DNA of 64,000 bases from the NCBI GenBank assembly GCA_964461265.1, contig CAYWTS010000001.1:2199-66198 (forward strand). Direction: 5' to 3'. The translations under genes and the position numbers were made by a program. How positions within the stretch are numbered: the stretch's first letter is position 1; every line of letters starts with the position of its first letter. Below the pieces are notes generated by a model. The model saw nothing but the letters and a program-made list of their open reading frames with translations. It was not told where the DNA came from and ran no database searches. Below, piece after piece: positions 47,317 through 57,900 of the stretch. The stretch is from an uncultured Ignavibacteriales bacterium (GTDB lineage: Bacteria; Bacteroidota; Ignavibacteria; Tepidaquicellales; OLB5).

Positions 47317-48654
47317 ATGTACACCACCGGCAAAATAGAATTCGACAGGAACACGCTTGATTCTAAAAAAGGCTCATGGGTGCTTTTTGCCGATATGAAC
47401 AGTTATTTCGCAACCGTTGAGCAGCAATATAACTACTGGCTTAGAGGCAGGCCTGTTGGTGTATGTGTTTATACTGGTAAATACGGTTGTGTAATAGCAG
47501 CCTCAATCGAAGCTAAGCAAAAGGGCATAAAAACCGGGATGAGGCTGAATGATGCCATGAAAATATGTCCCGACCTTGTTCCTGTAGAAACCCATCCCCA
47601 GCGTTACAGGGAAGTTCATAAGAAATTCGTCGCAGTTCTTGAAAAGTATTCGGATTCGGTTATACCCAAAAGTATCGATGAAGCGGTAGTAGATATTTCC
47701 GGATGTGAGCTTTATTTCAAAGACCCTGTTAAAGTTGCACGGCAGATAAAACTGGATATTAAAAATGAAATCGGCGATTGGATTAAATGTTCAATCGGTA
47801 TAGCTCCAAATGCCTTTCTTGCCAAGTTTGCCTCAGAGATTCAGAAACCGGACGGGCTGGTTCTTATTACACATGAAAATATTGACGAAATACTTTCAAA
47901 AGTGAAATTAACCGACCTGCCAGGTATAAAAGCCGGTATGGCAAAACGTTTGTTCTGGGGAGGGATAAAAACACCTGTCCAGTTACGCCACGCCGACCCA
48001 TACAAAATAAAAGACTCATGCCACAGCATTGTTGGACTTTACTGGCATTACCGACTAAACTTTAAGGAAGTTGACCAGATAGGGCACAGGTATAAATCTA
48101 TGCAATCAATGAGGCAGGTATCACGTGAACAGAGGAAATCGATAGAAACGCTTAACCAGGTTTTTCTGCGGCTCTGTATGACGCTTGAGAAGCGTATGGT
48201 GAAGGAAGATGTGTTCTGTAATGAAATCACATGTTATATTACTTATGATGGAGGTTACTCGTGGAGCGACCATGTAATTACACGAAAGCCAATACAGGAT
48301 GGAATTGAGTTAATGAAGCTTATTCAGCTTCACATGGCTAAATACCGTGAAATACATAAATGCGAACCGATTATAAATAATAACATAACAAGCATGGGTG
48401 TAACGGTCGATAGACTTACTCACAGGGAAGTTGTCCAGTATGAAATGTTCAGTAAAGATGTATCAAAAGATTATTTGCGTAAAATAGTATATAAAATAAA
48501 AGATAAATATGGTTCGGATATAATTATGCGTGCTATTGAATTAAAAGACGAAGACGTGCTTAAAGATGTTATAGGCTTCGGCTCGGTAAAAGATCTGCAT
48601 AACGTGCCCGGTGCCGAAAGGGAAGAAAAGATTACATATGAGATGGAGAGGTGA
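47317..48654 (+). CDS. Y-family DNA polymerase (DinB/ImpB-UmuC-like translesion polymerase)
   Basis: The probable start is ATG at 47317 (MYTTGKIEF..). VLFADMNSYFATVEQ (catalytic Asp), SIDEAVVDISG (catalytic Asp/Glu), IGIAPNAFLAKFASEIQKPDGL and LTDLPGIKAGMAKRL (HhH). The track start at 47281 reads through the hairpin repeat. Confidence 0.85.
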   Translation: MYTTGKIEFDRNTLDSKKGSWVLFADMNSYFATVEQQYNYWLRGRPVGVCVYTGKYGCVIAASIEAKQKGIKTGMRLNDAMKICPDLVPVETHPQRYREVHKKFVAVLEKYSDSVIPKSIDEAVVDISGCELYFKDPVKVARQIKLDIKNEIGDWIKCSIGIAPNAFLAKFASEIQKPDGLVLITHENIDEILSKVKLTDLPGIKAGMAKRLFWGGIKTPVQLRHADPYKIKDSCHSIVGLYWHYRLNFKEVDQIGHRYKSMQSMRQVSREQRKSIETLNQVFLRLCMTLEKRMVKEDVFCNEITCYITYDGGYSWSDHVITRKPIQDGIELMKLIQLHMAKYREIHKCEPIINNNITSMGVTVDRLTHREVVQYEMFSKDVSKDYLRKIVYKIKDKYGSDIIMRAIELKDEDVLKDVIGFGSVKDLHNVPGAEREEKITYEMER

Positions 48655-48688
48655 GATATATAAGACTTAACATTATTCTACCAAGTAA

Positions 48689-48814
48689 TCATTTTTTAAG
48701 TTCTTTAATCAAATGCGGGATATTAATTTTAACAGTATCCCATACAACTTTAAATTCAATTTCCTCATATGCGGTAAAGTTACTTAAACAGGCTAAAAAT
48801 AATAGGTAAACTAA
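48689..48814 (-). pseudogene. 3'-terminal remnant of a HepT/DUF86-type toxin gene
   Basis: A 41-codon open frame bounded upstream by TAG (48815-48817). It ends ..SNFTAYEEIEFKVVWDTVKINIPHLIKELKK*. This resembles the C-terminus of DUF86/HepT proteins (..H.Y..vd.eivW..v..dlP.L...i..il). There is no start, no N-terminal part and no MNT partner. Confidence 0.4.
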
Positions 48815-48902
48815 CTATTTATCTCATTTTCTCTTCTAAATTGAACTAAACCTGAATACCCCTTAATTTTGTTAAATTTCTAAATAATTTCAATATATTC
48901 GT

Positions 48903-49649
48903 ATGAAAATAGCAGTATGTGTTTCACAAGTTCCTGATACAACTACCAAAGTTAAAATAGGCTCTGATGGTAAAACCATTGACCCATCAGGAGTAACATA
49001 CGTAATTAATCCCTATGATGAATATGCCATAGAAGAAGCCCTTAAGCTGAAAGAAAAGTTTGGTGGTGAGACAATTGCCGTTATGGTTGGTAAAGATTCG
49101 GTTAAAGAAACCATGCGTAAATCATTTGCAATGGGTCTGGAAAAAGGTATTCTTATTAAAACGGAAACTGATTTAGATTCATATTGTGTGGCAAGAAATC
49201 TTGCTGATGTTTTGAAAGATTTGAATGCAGATATTATACTGTTTGGGAAGCAATCGGTTGATTATGATAACTCGCAAGTTGGTGTTCTTGTAGCCGAGAT
49301 GCTTGGGTTTCCTTCGGTAAGTGTGGTAGTAGATTTACAGATCAACGATAAAGCAGTCATAGCAGAGCGTGAAATTGAAGGCGGCAAAGAGATAGTTGAA
49401 GCATCGCTGCCGGTAATTATTACTGCACAAAAAGGGCTGAACAATCCCCGTTACCCCACATTAAAAGGTATAATGCAGGCAAAATCGAAACCTATTGAAG
49501 AAAGACAACCAACTTATACCGATAATCTGACAGAGGTTCTTAGTATGCGGCTCCCTCCTATGAAACAGAAAGGAAAAGTGCTTGGAACTGATTCCTCGGC
49601 TGTTCCGGAACTTGTCAAGCTTCTCCGTGAAGAGGCAAAGGTAATTTAA
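48903..49649 (+). CDS. etfB: Electron transfer flavoprotein, beta subunit
   Basis: MKIAVCVSQVPDTTTKVKI...INPYDEYAIEEALKLKE...ILFGKQSVDYDNSQVG. It precedes etfA. Confidence 0.9.
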   Translation: MKIAVCVSQVPDTTTKVKIGSDGKTIDPSGVTYVINPYDEYAIEEALKLKEKFGGETIAVMVGKDSVKETMRKSFAMGLEKGILIKTETDLDSYCVARNLADVLKDLNADIILFGKQSVDYDNSQVGVLVAEMLGFPSVSVVVDLQINDKAVIAEREIEGGKEIVEASLPVIITAQKGLNNPRYPTLKGIMQAKSKPIEERQPTYTDNLTEVLSMRLPPMKQKGKVLGTDSSAVPELVKLLREEAKVI

Positions 49650-49676
49650 AATCATAAAAAGTTAAATCAGGTTATA

Positions 49677-50654
49677 ATGTCAAAAGTTATCGCATTTATT
49701 GAATCAAGAGATAATAAAATTAAAAATGCTGGTTTTGAAACAGCTTATACGGCAAGCCGTATTGCAGGCGAACTTGGTGCTGAATCGGATGCTGTACTAA
49801 TTGGCAGCAATGTATCGGCTCTTGGCAGCGAACTCGCACCGTTTGGTATAAGTAAAGTATTTACTGCGGAAGATGAAAAGCTTGGTAAATATTCGACTAC
49901 AGCATACTCACAAATCGTAGCGGAAACCGCGAAGCAAGCCGGTGCTGATATAATTTTAATTTCTGCAACCTCTATGGGCAAAGACCTTGCACCTCGTGTT
50001 GCAGCCAAGCTTGAAGCAGGACTCGCAACCGATTGTACTGCTCTAAAAGTTGAGAATGGTGAAATAATAGCTACAAGACCAGTTTATGCTGGAAAAGCAT
50101 TTATTGATTTGAAAGTAAAATCACAAGTTAAGATGTATTCTTTAAGACCGAATGTTTTTAAGGCTGAAAAGGCGGATGATAAAAATGTAACCGTTGAAAA
50201 ACTTAATATAACTTTAGATACCACCAGTTTTCAGTCATCTGTTAAAGAAGTTATGGTCAGCACCGAAAAGCTTGATGTAGCAGAAGCAACAATAATAGTT
50301 TCAGGCGGCAGGGGAATGAAAGGTCCTGAGCATTTTAACTTAATCGAAGATCTTGCTAAAGTTCTGGGAGCTGCTACAGGTGCTTCGCGTGCAGTTGTTG
50401 ACGCAGACTGGAGACCGCACTCTGAACAGGTTGGTCAGACAGGAAAGACCGTTTCACCAAATCTTTATATTGCATGTGGAATAAGCGGAGCTATACAACA
50501 TTTAGCCGGAATGTCATCATCTAAATGTATTGTTGCAATTAATAAAGATAAAGATGCTCCGATTTTCTCGGTTGCAGACTACGGTATAGTAGGAGATGTT
50601 TTTGAGGTACTGCCTGTGCTTACGGAGGAATTTAAAAAGGTCCTTTCGAATTAA
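49677..50654 (+). CDS. etfA: Electron transfer flavoprotein, alpha subunit
   Basis: IVSGGRGM, SRAVVDADWRPHSEQVGQTGKTVSPNLYIACGISGAIQHLAGM and VAINKDKDAPIF. Confidence 0.9.
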   Translation: MSKVIAFIESRDNKIKNAGFETAYTASRIAGELGAESDAVLIGSNVSALGSELAPFGISKVFTAEDEKLGKYSTTAYSQIVAETAKQAGADIILISATSMGKDLAPRVAAKLEAGLATDCTALKVENGEIIATRPVYAGKAFIDLKVKSQVKMYSLRPNVFKAEKADDKNVTVEKLNITLDTTSFQSSVKEVMVSTEKLDVAEATIIVSGGRGMKGPEHFNLIEDLAKVLGAATGASRAVVDADWRPHSEQVGQTGKTVSPNLYIACGISGAIQHLAGMSSSKCIVAINKDKDAPIFSVADYGIVGDVFEVLPVLTEEFKKVLSN

Positions 50655-50678
50655 TATATTTTAGAGTAATTTATTCAC

Positions 50679-51287
50679 ATGAGCAGTGATAAAATACAGG
50701 TCGATATAATGGGTTTATCGCCAACACCTGCACCGGGCGGAGGCGGTTATGCCCTTATTTTGCGTGAATTAAGCGGGGAAAGGAGACTTCCTATTATTAT
50801 CGGAAGTTTTGAAGCACAGCATATAGCTCTTGAGCTTGAAGGTATCAAACCTCCGAGACCACTTACTCACGACTTGCTTAAAAGCGTTATTGAATCGCTT
50901 GGTTTTTCAATATCATACGTATTTATTAATGAGTTGAGAGACGGTACATTTTTTGCAAAGATAAAAGTTGATGTAGGCAGTATTGAAGAAATTGATGCCA
51001 GACCCTCAGATGCTATTGCACTTGCCTTAAAATTTCAGGTGCCTATTTATGTGGCTGAGGAAGTCATGAACGAAGTAAGTTTTATACCTGAAGAAGCAGA
51101 AGAAGAAGCGGAGGAAAAACCAAAAGAAGAAAAATCTGAAGCTGAACTTCCCATAGAACCTAAAGACCCTTATACTAAGAAAATGAATAGTCTCCAGCTG
51201 GAACTTAAAGAAGCTGTATCAAGGGAAGATTATGAAAAAGCTGCTATAATACGGGACGAAATAAAAAAACTGGAATTAAGCAGATAA
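50679..51287 (+). CDS. Bifunctional nuclease (DUF151/BFN) domain protein with a C-terminal UVR motif
   Basis: RLPIIIGSFEAQHIALELEG..PRPLTHDL and ARPSDAIALALKFQVPIYVAEEVM form the BFN domain. An acidic linker follows, then EDYEKAAIIRDEIKKLE (UvrB/C-type UVR). Confidence 0.75.
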   Translation: MSSDKIQVDIMGLSPTPAPGGGGYALILRELSGERRLPIIIGSFEAQHIALELEGIKPPRPLTHDLLKSVIESLGFSISYVFINELRDGTFFAKIKVDVGSIEEIDARPSDAIALALKFQVPIYVAEEVMNEVSFIPEEAEEEAEEKPKEEKSEAELPIEPKDPYTKKMNSLQLELKEAVSREDYEKAAIIRDEIKKLELSR

Positions 51288-51333
51288 AATTTAAATCACT
51301 GAGATCTGGAATTTTAAACAATTTTAAAATTAT

Positions 51334-51357
51334 CCCCGATAGCTTCGGGGTTTTTTA
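51334..51357 (+). terminator. Intrinsic terminator
   Basis: CCCCGA tagct TCGGGG followed by TTTTTT (51351-51356). It lies only a few nt before the coaX start. Confidence 0.7.
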
Positions 51358-51363
51358 TTTAAG

Positions 51364-52116
51364 ATGATACTCACTATTGATATTGGTAATACCTACACAA
51401 AATTAAGAGGCTATAAAGGTAATATAACAGTATATCAGAAAGACTGCATAACTGATGCAGATACTTTAAAACTTATGACTCGTGTAAAATCTCTAAGAAA
51501 CATGCATGTTAATATCTGCGGTATTGCTTCAGTTGTTCCCGCAGTTACGAAAAAATGGAAAAAGATTACTAGTTTGTGGTTTAAAATTAATCCAATAATT
51601 ATAAGTAATAAAATCAGGTTACCGATAAAACTCAAAGTTAAAAATCCTGATACTCTCGGCGCTGATAGGATATGTAATGCTGTTGCCGGATACTTGATGT
51701 TTAAAGGGAAAGAAAATGTAATAGTAGCTGATTTAGGTTCGGCAAATACTTTTGATGTGGTTCTTAAAAACGGGGATTACACAGGGGGTATAATAACTCC
51801 GGGTTTGGATTTACTGGCAGATTCATTATACCGAAAAACAGCTCAACTGCCAAAAATTACCGTTTTAAATAAACCAAAATCTCTAATAGGAAACCGGACT
51901 CCGATTGCAATAAAGTCGGGTGTATATTTTACATTTTTTGAATCAGTTAACGGTATAATTAAACGCATAATAAAGCATTATAAAAAAGACTTTAAGATAA
52001 TTCTTACCGGCGGCAAGGCTGATATTATAAAAGATGAAATTAATGCAGATACTGTTTTTATACCTGCTATGGTTAACAAAGGAATCCTGCAAATTTTTAG
52101 ATACAATGGCTATTAA
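51364..52116 (+). CDS. coaX: Type III pantothenate kinase
   Basis: MILTIDIGNT, LGADRICNAVAG, VADLGSANTFD and ITPG. Confidence 0.88.
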   Translation: MILTIDIGNTYTKLRGYKGNITVYQKDCITDADTLKLMTRVKSLRNMHVNICGIASVVPAVTKKWKKITSLWFKINPIIISNKIRLPIKLKVKNPDTLGADRICNAVAGYLMFKGKENVIVADLGSANTFDVVLKNGDYTGGIITPGLDLLADSLYRKTAQLPKITVLNKPKSLIGNRTPIAIKSGVYFTFFESVNGIIKRIIKHYKKDFKIILTGGKADIIKDEINADTVFIPAMVNKGILQIFRYNGY

Positions 52117-52987
52117 CAGATTTTTCAAAAGTAATAAGATAAAAGAACATTTGGTTTTTCAACAGAATGGTAATATCTGGAGATTTTACTTACATGGAAA
52201 TTTTCTTGTGGGAGAAACGAGGGAGCATAAAACAAGAAACGCTTATTTGTTTTCAATGGATTTTGTAAAAGAGGAAATATTTTTAAAGAACTTTCAAATT
52301 GAGGAAAAATGGTGGTTTTCTATTTCAGGTATTACCGGAGATATAATTTGCATCAGTAAATTCAGAAAACCTGATTTACCGGAACAACAAGGTATAATTG
52401 TATTAGACATAAAATCGGGTAAAAAACTCTGGGAGAATACTATGTTGACACTTTTATTTTCAAATGCAACCGATACATATGCTTATAAAAAGTTGTTCGA
52501 ATCCAAAATTTATTACAGGCTTGATACTTCAAACGGAAATATTATTAGTGAAACGAAAGCGGAAGATGAGGTTGCACATATTTACAGTTTAAAGGAACAA
52601 TTTGAAACTATAAATTACAAAACTTACAGTTATACCGAAAGATATTTACCCGGGATCACACATGCCGGCGATGAAGTAGATTTATATTTTGGTGATTATC
52701 TGAAAGATGTAAAATTAACAGGTCCAATTGAATTTATTATAAAAAATAATTTACTTATTTATAACTATCATAAAGAAATTGGAGCTAATTTAAAAACACT
52801 AAATGAAAATCTTACGGACAACATTTTCAATATTTATGACTTAAAAAAAGGAAAATTACTTTACTCAACAATATTAAACAAAAACACTGCTGGTTATGCA
52901 CCTGATAGTTTTTTTATAAATAATAATTACTTATTTTTTATTAGAAACAAAAAGGAACTTATAATAATAAATTTAGAACAGTGGTAA
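52106..52987 (+). CDS. Hypothetical protein
   Basis: The probable start is ATG at 52106 (MAINRFFKSNKIKEH..); the track start at 52034 lies inside coaX. It is a soluble protein of about 293 aa rich in beta-strand-like segments. No confident family call. Confidence 0.45.
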   Translation: MAINRFFKSNKIKEHLVFQQNGNIWRFYLHGNFLVGETREHKTRNAYLFSMDFVKEEIFLKNFQIEEKWWFSISGITGDIICISKFRKPDLPEQQGIIVLDIKSGKKLWENTMLTLLFSNATDTYAYKKLFESKIYYRLDTSNGNIISETKAEDEVAHIYSLKEQFETINYKTYSYTERYLPGITHAGDEVDLYFGDYLKDVKLTGPIEFIIKNNLLIYNYHKEIGANLKTLNENLTDNIFNIYDLKKGKLLYSTILNKNTAGYAPDSFFINNNYLFFIRNKKELIIINLEQW

Positions 52988-53400
52988 TAAAAACTGATAC
53001 TTTAACAATTAACACAAAGGGAAACTGCGACGTTATTGACCTGACCCCGCATATCACGGGTATGCTCGAAAAGTTAAGATTGAATAATGGTAATGTAACG
53101 GTGTTTGTAACAGGTTCCACAGCTTCGATAAGTACGATAGAATACGAGCCGGGTTTAAAGAAAGACCTCCCCGAGATACTTGAGACACTTATACCTGCGA
53201 AGAGAAGATATTTTCATCACGATACCTGGGGTGATTACAACGGACATGCCCACATCCGTTCAACTTTAATTGGCTGCTCACAGACCATTCCCTTTGTAAA
53301 AGGCAACTTAATGCTTGGTACGTGGCAGCAGGTAATACTGATTGATTTTGATGACAGACCAAGAACAAGAAGAGTTACCATCCAGTATATTGGTGAATGA
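52981..53400 (+). CDS. yjbQ: YjbQ/UPF0047-family protein (secondary thiamine-phosphate synthase-like)
   Basis: GTG start. VTGSTASISTIEYEPGL, HHDTWGDYNGHAHIRSTLIG, and GTWQQVILIDFDDRPRTRRV. Confidence 0.85.
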   Translation: MVIKTDTLTINTKGNCDVIDLTPHITGMLEKLRLNNGNVTVFVTGSTASISTIEYEPGLKKDLPEILETLIPAKRRYFHHDTWGDYNGHAHIRSTLIGCSQTIPFVKGNLMLGTWQQVILIDFDDRPRTRRVTIQYIGE

Positions 53401-54860
53401 GCAGGAACGAAAAATTAATATTTTTTACTCTTATATTATTCACGTTATCTGTTCGTATTGCACTGATAGAACAAAAAAACCTTTGGTTCGATGAGATTTA
53501 TTCCTGGCATATCACACAGGGTTCAATTTCCGAAATAGTTAAGGATACATCCGCCGATATTCACCCGCCGTTTTACTATTTTGTTTTAAAAATATGGAAT
53601 ATGGTATTTGGAGATTCTGTCTTTTCAATGCGTATATTATCTGTATGTTTTTCGGTTATATCTGTAATTGTATTATTTTTTTTATGCCTTAAAATTACCT
53701 CGATTCGGAATGCATTTATTATCATGTTTTTATTTGCAATCTCACCATTAAACTTATTTTACTCACAGGAAGTGAGAATGGCTTCCTTAAACCTGTTATT
53801 GAACATTCTTGCAGTCTATTCTGTAATAAGAATCAAAGACGCATCCTTAACAAAAAACATCATAAAAGAAAAATTTACATATCTGTTTATTGTAAGCAGT
53901 GTTTTAGCTTGTTACACACATTATTTCTCAATCCCGATTCTGGCTGCTAATTCTGTTTGGCTTTTATTTTCACTATATAAAAACATAAAAGCTGTTATAA
54001 TTATAATTGTTAGTGATGTATTGATAATTTTTGCGTTCCTTCCATGGTTCCCTATTATGTTATCACAAGCTTCAAGAGGGCAGCAGTGGAGAGTTGAACA
54101 GGATATATATTTGATTGTAAAGGAAGTATTGAATTTTGTCCGGGATGCAGCTATGGGTTTATATTATTCGAGTACACCATCCTGGATTTTATGGATTATA
54201 ACAATATTGTTATTACTGATGATTTCTGTTTCATTTTTTATAACAATCAGAAATTTTAAACTGCTTGGAAATAATTACAGTTTAATATTACTGGTTTTTG
54301 GTCTTACTTTACTAACAGCAGTGCTGGTTGCTTCAAAACAGAGAATAGAATTTTTCAGATATCTGAGCATTCTTGTACCTTATATTGTGATTATTTTGGT
54401 TTTAGCATTTAGTAGCATTAAAAGAGATAAGCTCTTGATATTTACAATAATTATATTCAGTTTAATTAACTTATACGGTATTTATAAATATTTTAAAGCT
54501 GACTATAAGAATAATGATTACAGGGGAATACTTACCGAGATAAATATTAACATTGCAGAAGGTGAAAAAATATTTACCGAACCCCATTATTGCGGATGGA
54601 TTGTGGATTATTATTCCAAAAAAGGTTTTGAAAATGTACCCGGAACGATAAACTACGGATGGGGCATTAATATGATGGTGGATACCATTACTTTTAAACA
54701 GCCTAAAAGATTTTTTCTTGTTGTGGATTACTGTACGTTAGACACAACAGGATATAAAAAAGCAATCAATCAACTTACAAATAACTATAAGCTGGTTTAT
54801 TTAAAACGGTTCAATATCATACCCCGTGAAGTAGACCTTTACAGATTTGTGAAGTATTAA
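53397..54860 (+). CDS. Polytopic membrane glycosyltransferase (GT39/ArnT-PMT-like, GT-C fold)
   Basis: 487 aa with about 11 hydrophobic helices. N-terminal LWFDEIYSWHI...DIHPPFYYFVLK is typical of ArnT/PMT-like GT-C enzymes. It ends in a soluble C-terminal domain. Confidence 0.6.
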   Translation: MSRNEKLIFFTLILFTLSVRIALIEQKNLWFDEIYSWHITQGSISEIVKDTSADIHPPFYYFVLKIWNMVFGDSVFSMRILSVCFSVISVIVLFFLCLKITSIRNAFIIMFLFAISPLNLFYSQEVRMASLNLLLNILAVYSVIRIKDASLTKNIIKEKFTYLFIVSSVLACYTHYFSIPILAANSVWLLFSLYKNIKAVIIIIVSDVLIIFAFLPWFPIMLSQASRGQQWRVEQDIYLIVKEVLNFVRDAAMGLYYSSTPSWILWIITILLLLMISVSFFITIRNFKLLGNNYSLILLVFGLTLLTAVLVASKQRIEFFRYLSILVPYIVIILVLAFSSIKRDKLLIFTIIIFSLINLYGIYKYFKADYKNNDYRGILTEININIAEGEKIFTEPHYCGWIVDYYSKKGFENVPGTINYGWGINMMVDTITFKQPKRFFLVVDYCTLDTTGYKKAINQLTNNYKLVYLKRFNIIPREVDLYRFVKY

Positions 54861-54991
54861 TTATTTCTCGAAGGTATTGCGTAGGGAACTAATCTTAATA
54901 TTTATTCTGGATAAACTTATTATTTATAAATTTTCATAATACAGTAATCCGGATAATACTTAAAGATACATCTCCTGCATAAATTATATAC

Positions 54992-57900
54992 CTATAAAAC
55001 CAGAACTTTTTCTTCATGTTTTTTCAATTTACTCATATCAATTTCTGTTAACCCACCGTTCATACTTCCATTATTACCATTCTTATAACCATTGAGCTTT
55101 TGCAGATTAGACATTAATTCAAATTGTTTTCTTATTTTTTCTTCAAACTCTTTAAGTTTCTCATCAATTGTAAGCACTTTCTTTTTCTTTGCTATCATAT
55201 CTTCACGGTAACGTTTCAGGAAGTAATGTATAGTTTCGATTCTGATTTTGATAGAACCTGCAGGTTTGTTTTCGTCAATATCCTTAAAAGAAAAATATGG
55301 AGTTCCGCAGCTTGTTATAATTTCTTCGATAACTGTATAAATCGGAGCGTCATGCCCGCATTTGAATGATGAAAGCTCGAGTGCAACTAGGTTTGGATGT
55401 CTTGCTGTGAATTTTGCTGCCCAGATTTTACGACTGGTGTTCTCACTGTATGAATTTTTCCATACATCGCTTATATCCATCGGTGCTTTAATAATGCCAG
55501 CTCTTACTTCATCACCGAATAACTTTTCCAATATATCTTTGTCGGTTGGTAATGAATCCTGGTTAAGTACCGGGTAACCGAGTTTCTGGAATTCTTCAAG
55601 AATTTCATGGTTTAAACCGGGGTCGTTATGGTATGGTCTGGCTAATACAACAATTCCAATCTTATCTTCGCGTTCCATTATTTCAATAGCATCGCGTGCT
55701 TTACGTTTCATTTCAGTATTAAATTTATCCAGTGCTCTGTAGGCTTCTTCAACTGCTAGGTCGTTTTCTTCTTTAGATAACCCAAATTTATCGGACCATT
55801 CGCTGAACATTTGTTTGGCACAAAGTTTTGGTTCAGTCAAACGTAAATATGTATTTACATATATTATATTATTTTCTCTGAAAAGGTCGCTTTCTTTTGT
55901 AAATGCTGCCTTTATCGATTCGGATGTTGCCGTAACTGTTGGACATGCATGATGTGCCTGTGCAAAAGTTAATTCCGAAGGCATAGTATCAACAATAGGG
56001 AGGAAGATATAATCCAGTTTTTTCTTCCTGTGAATTTTATAGACAAGATTATGAATATGAGGTATCCCTACTTTTGAAGGGAAACAAGGGTCAATAGCAC
56101 CGCGTTTTGCACCTTCTTTATACAACTCTTCGCTTGTGTATTCTGAATAAACAATGTTTCCAGGTTTAATACCAAGCGATTCGAAATATGCGGTAAAAAA
56201 CGGTGTATGTTGGTACATATTCAGTACTCGCGGAATGCCAATAACAATTTTTTCTCGCATTTTAGCAAGTTTGATAAATTTGTTGAATTTTTCACCGGCT
56301 TTTTTATCAATTTTAAATTTAATTATTTGAGTTTTCGTGGGTTTAGGTATTTTATCTCTTACAATTCGAGGCTGCTGAGATTTAAAAACTTCTATTGCTG
56401 CCCATTCTACAAGGTTAGGTGTAGCTTCTTTGATTGCATCAAGCCCTTTTTTGATTTGTTTCATCGAGTTAAGGTCTTCAACGGTACCTTTTTCACACGT
56501 TGCAATAATCAGCCTTTGAGTTCCTACTGACATCGGAACCTTAGATTCAGGGTTGGCTACTGACTCTTTAGGAATCTTTAAATCAGGATTTTCAATAAAA
56601 TTTTGTGCTTGTTTATCGGTAGCTACATCAATAAACGTCCTCAAGCACTTATTTTTACAGAAATAACACCTTGTAGACTCATTTCTCGTGGTTTTGTATA
56701 TTATTTTTTCCACCAGGTCTAATCCAATAAAATCGGTTCTCTTGCCATTATCATACAGCCTGGCAGCCTCAATAGCGCATCCAATAGCTCCTGCCTCTCC
56801 TGTGTGCTTGTGGACGTATATATTAGGTTCTACACCACTATCTTTGAATCTATCTGCAATAAAATCTACCTGTGATTTAACAGCAGCCAGGTTATATTGT
56901 GTTCCGCCCTGAAGTACAAAATTTTTACCAAGTTTAGCTAAATTTGGTATTTGTGATACATAAAGCCATATATTCTTAGGCAGTACATTGGCTAATCCAG
57001 CCATGATTTCTTCAGGTTTCCAGCCCTGACGCTGAAAATCAACGATATCTGATTGCATAAAAACGGCGCAGCCATATCCGAACGTGGGATATTGTTTGGC
57101 TGAAAAGGCAATATCTGCAAAATCTTCTACTGCATAGCCAAATCCCTGTGCAGTAGATTGCAAAAAATAACCATTCCCGGCTGAGCACTGAGTATTCAAT
57201 TTGAAATCTTTAACTCTTCCTTTATCAAGTATTATTAACTTAATGTCTTGACCTCCAACATCAACTATTACGTCAGTTTGCGGATAAAAGTGAAGTGCTG
57301 CTTGAGTATGTGCTACGGTTTCTACCAAAGCAACATCTGCGTGAAGAACATCTTTCAGAATATCTTTAGCATAACCTGTGGTACCAATACCTAAGATTTC
57401 GAGTCTTGCGCCTTGTTCCTCTACTTGTTTGCGGATTTTTTGGAGTATTTCGACAGTATCTTCAATAGGATTCCCTTTTGAAAGCTGGTATGCTTTAACC
57501 AGAACCTCTTTATTTTCAGATAATAAAGCAGCTTTAGTTGAGGTTGAACCTCCATCAATACCTATAAATCCGCAGACTACGGAATTTACATCAAATCTAG
57601 CCGGTTTAAATGTACTAATGGTATATTTGTTTTTAAATATGTTCAGTTCTTCCTCAGTTTTGTATAATCCCCCCGATCCGGAAAGGGATAAAAGCTTCTT
57701 TTTTTCTTCATCACGGCCATAATTAATGTAATATTCCAGTTCTTTATAACCTTTATAGATACCAATGTTAAGTTCTTCATCTTTTCCATATTCTACTGCA
57801 CCAATCGCTGCAAAATATTGTGCATTTTCTGGAACAAGTATTAATTGTTCAATCGGTTCCGATTTATCATACTGCACATTTCTTTCTTCCCACATTTTTG

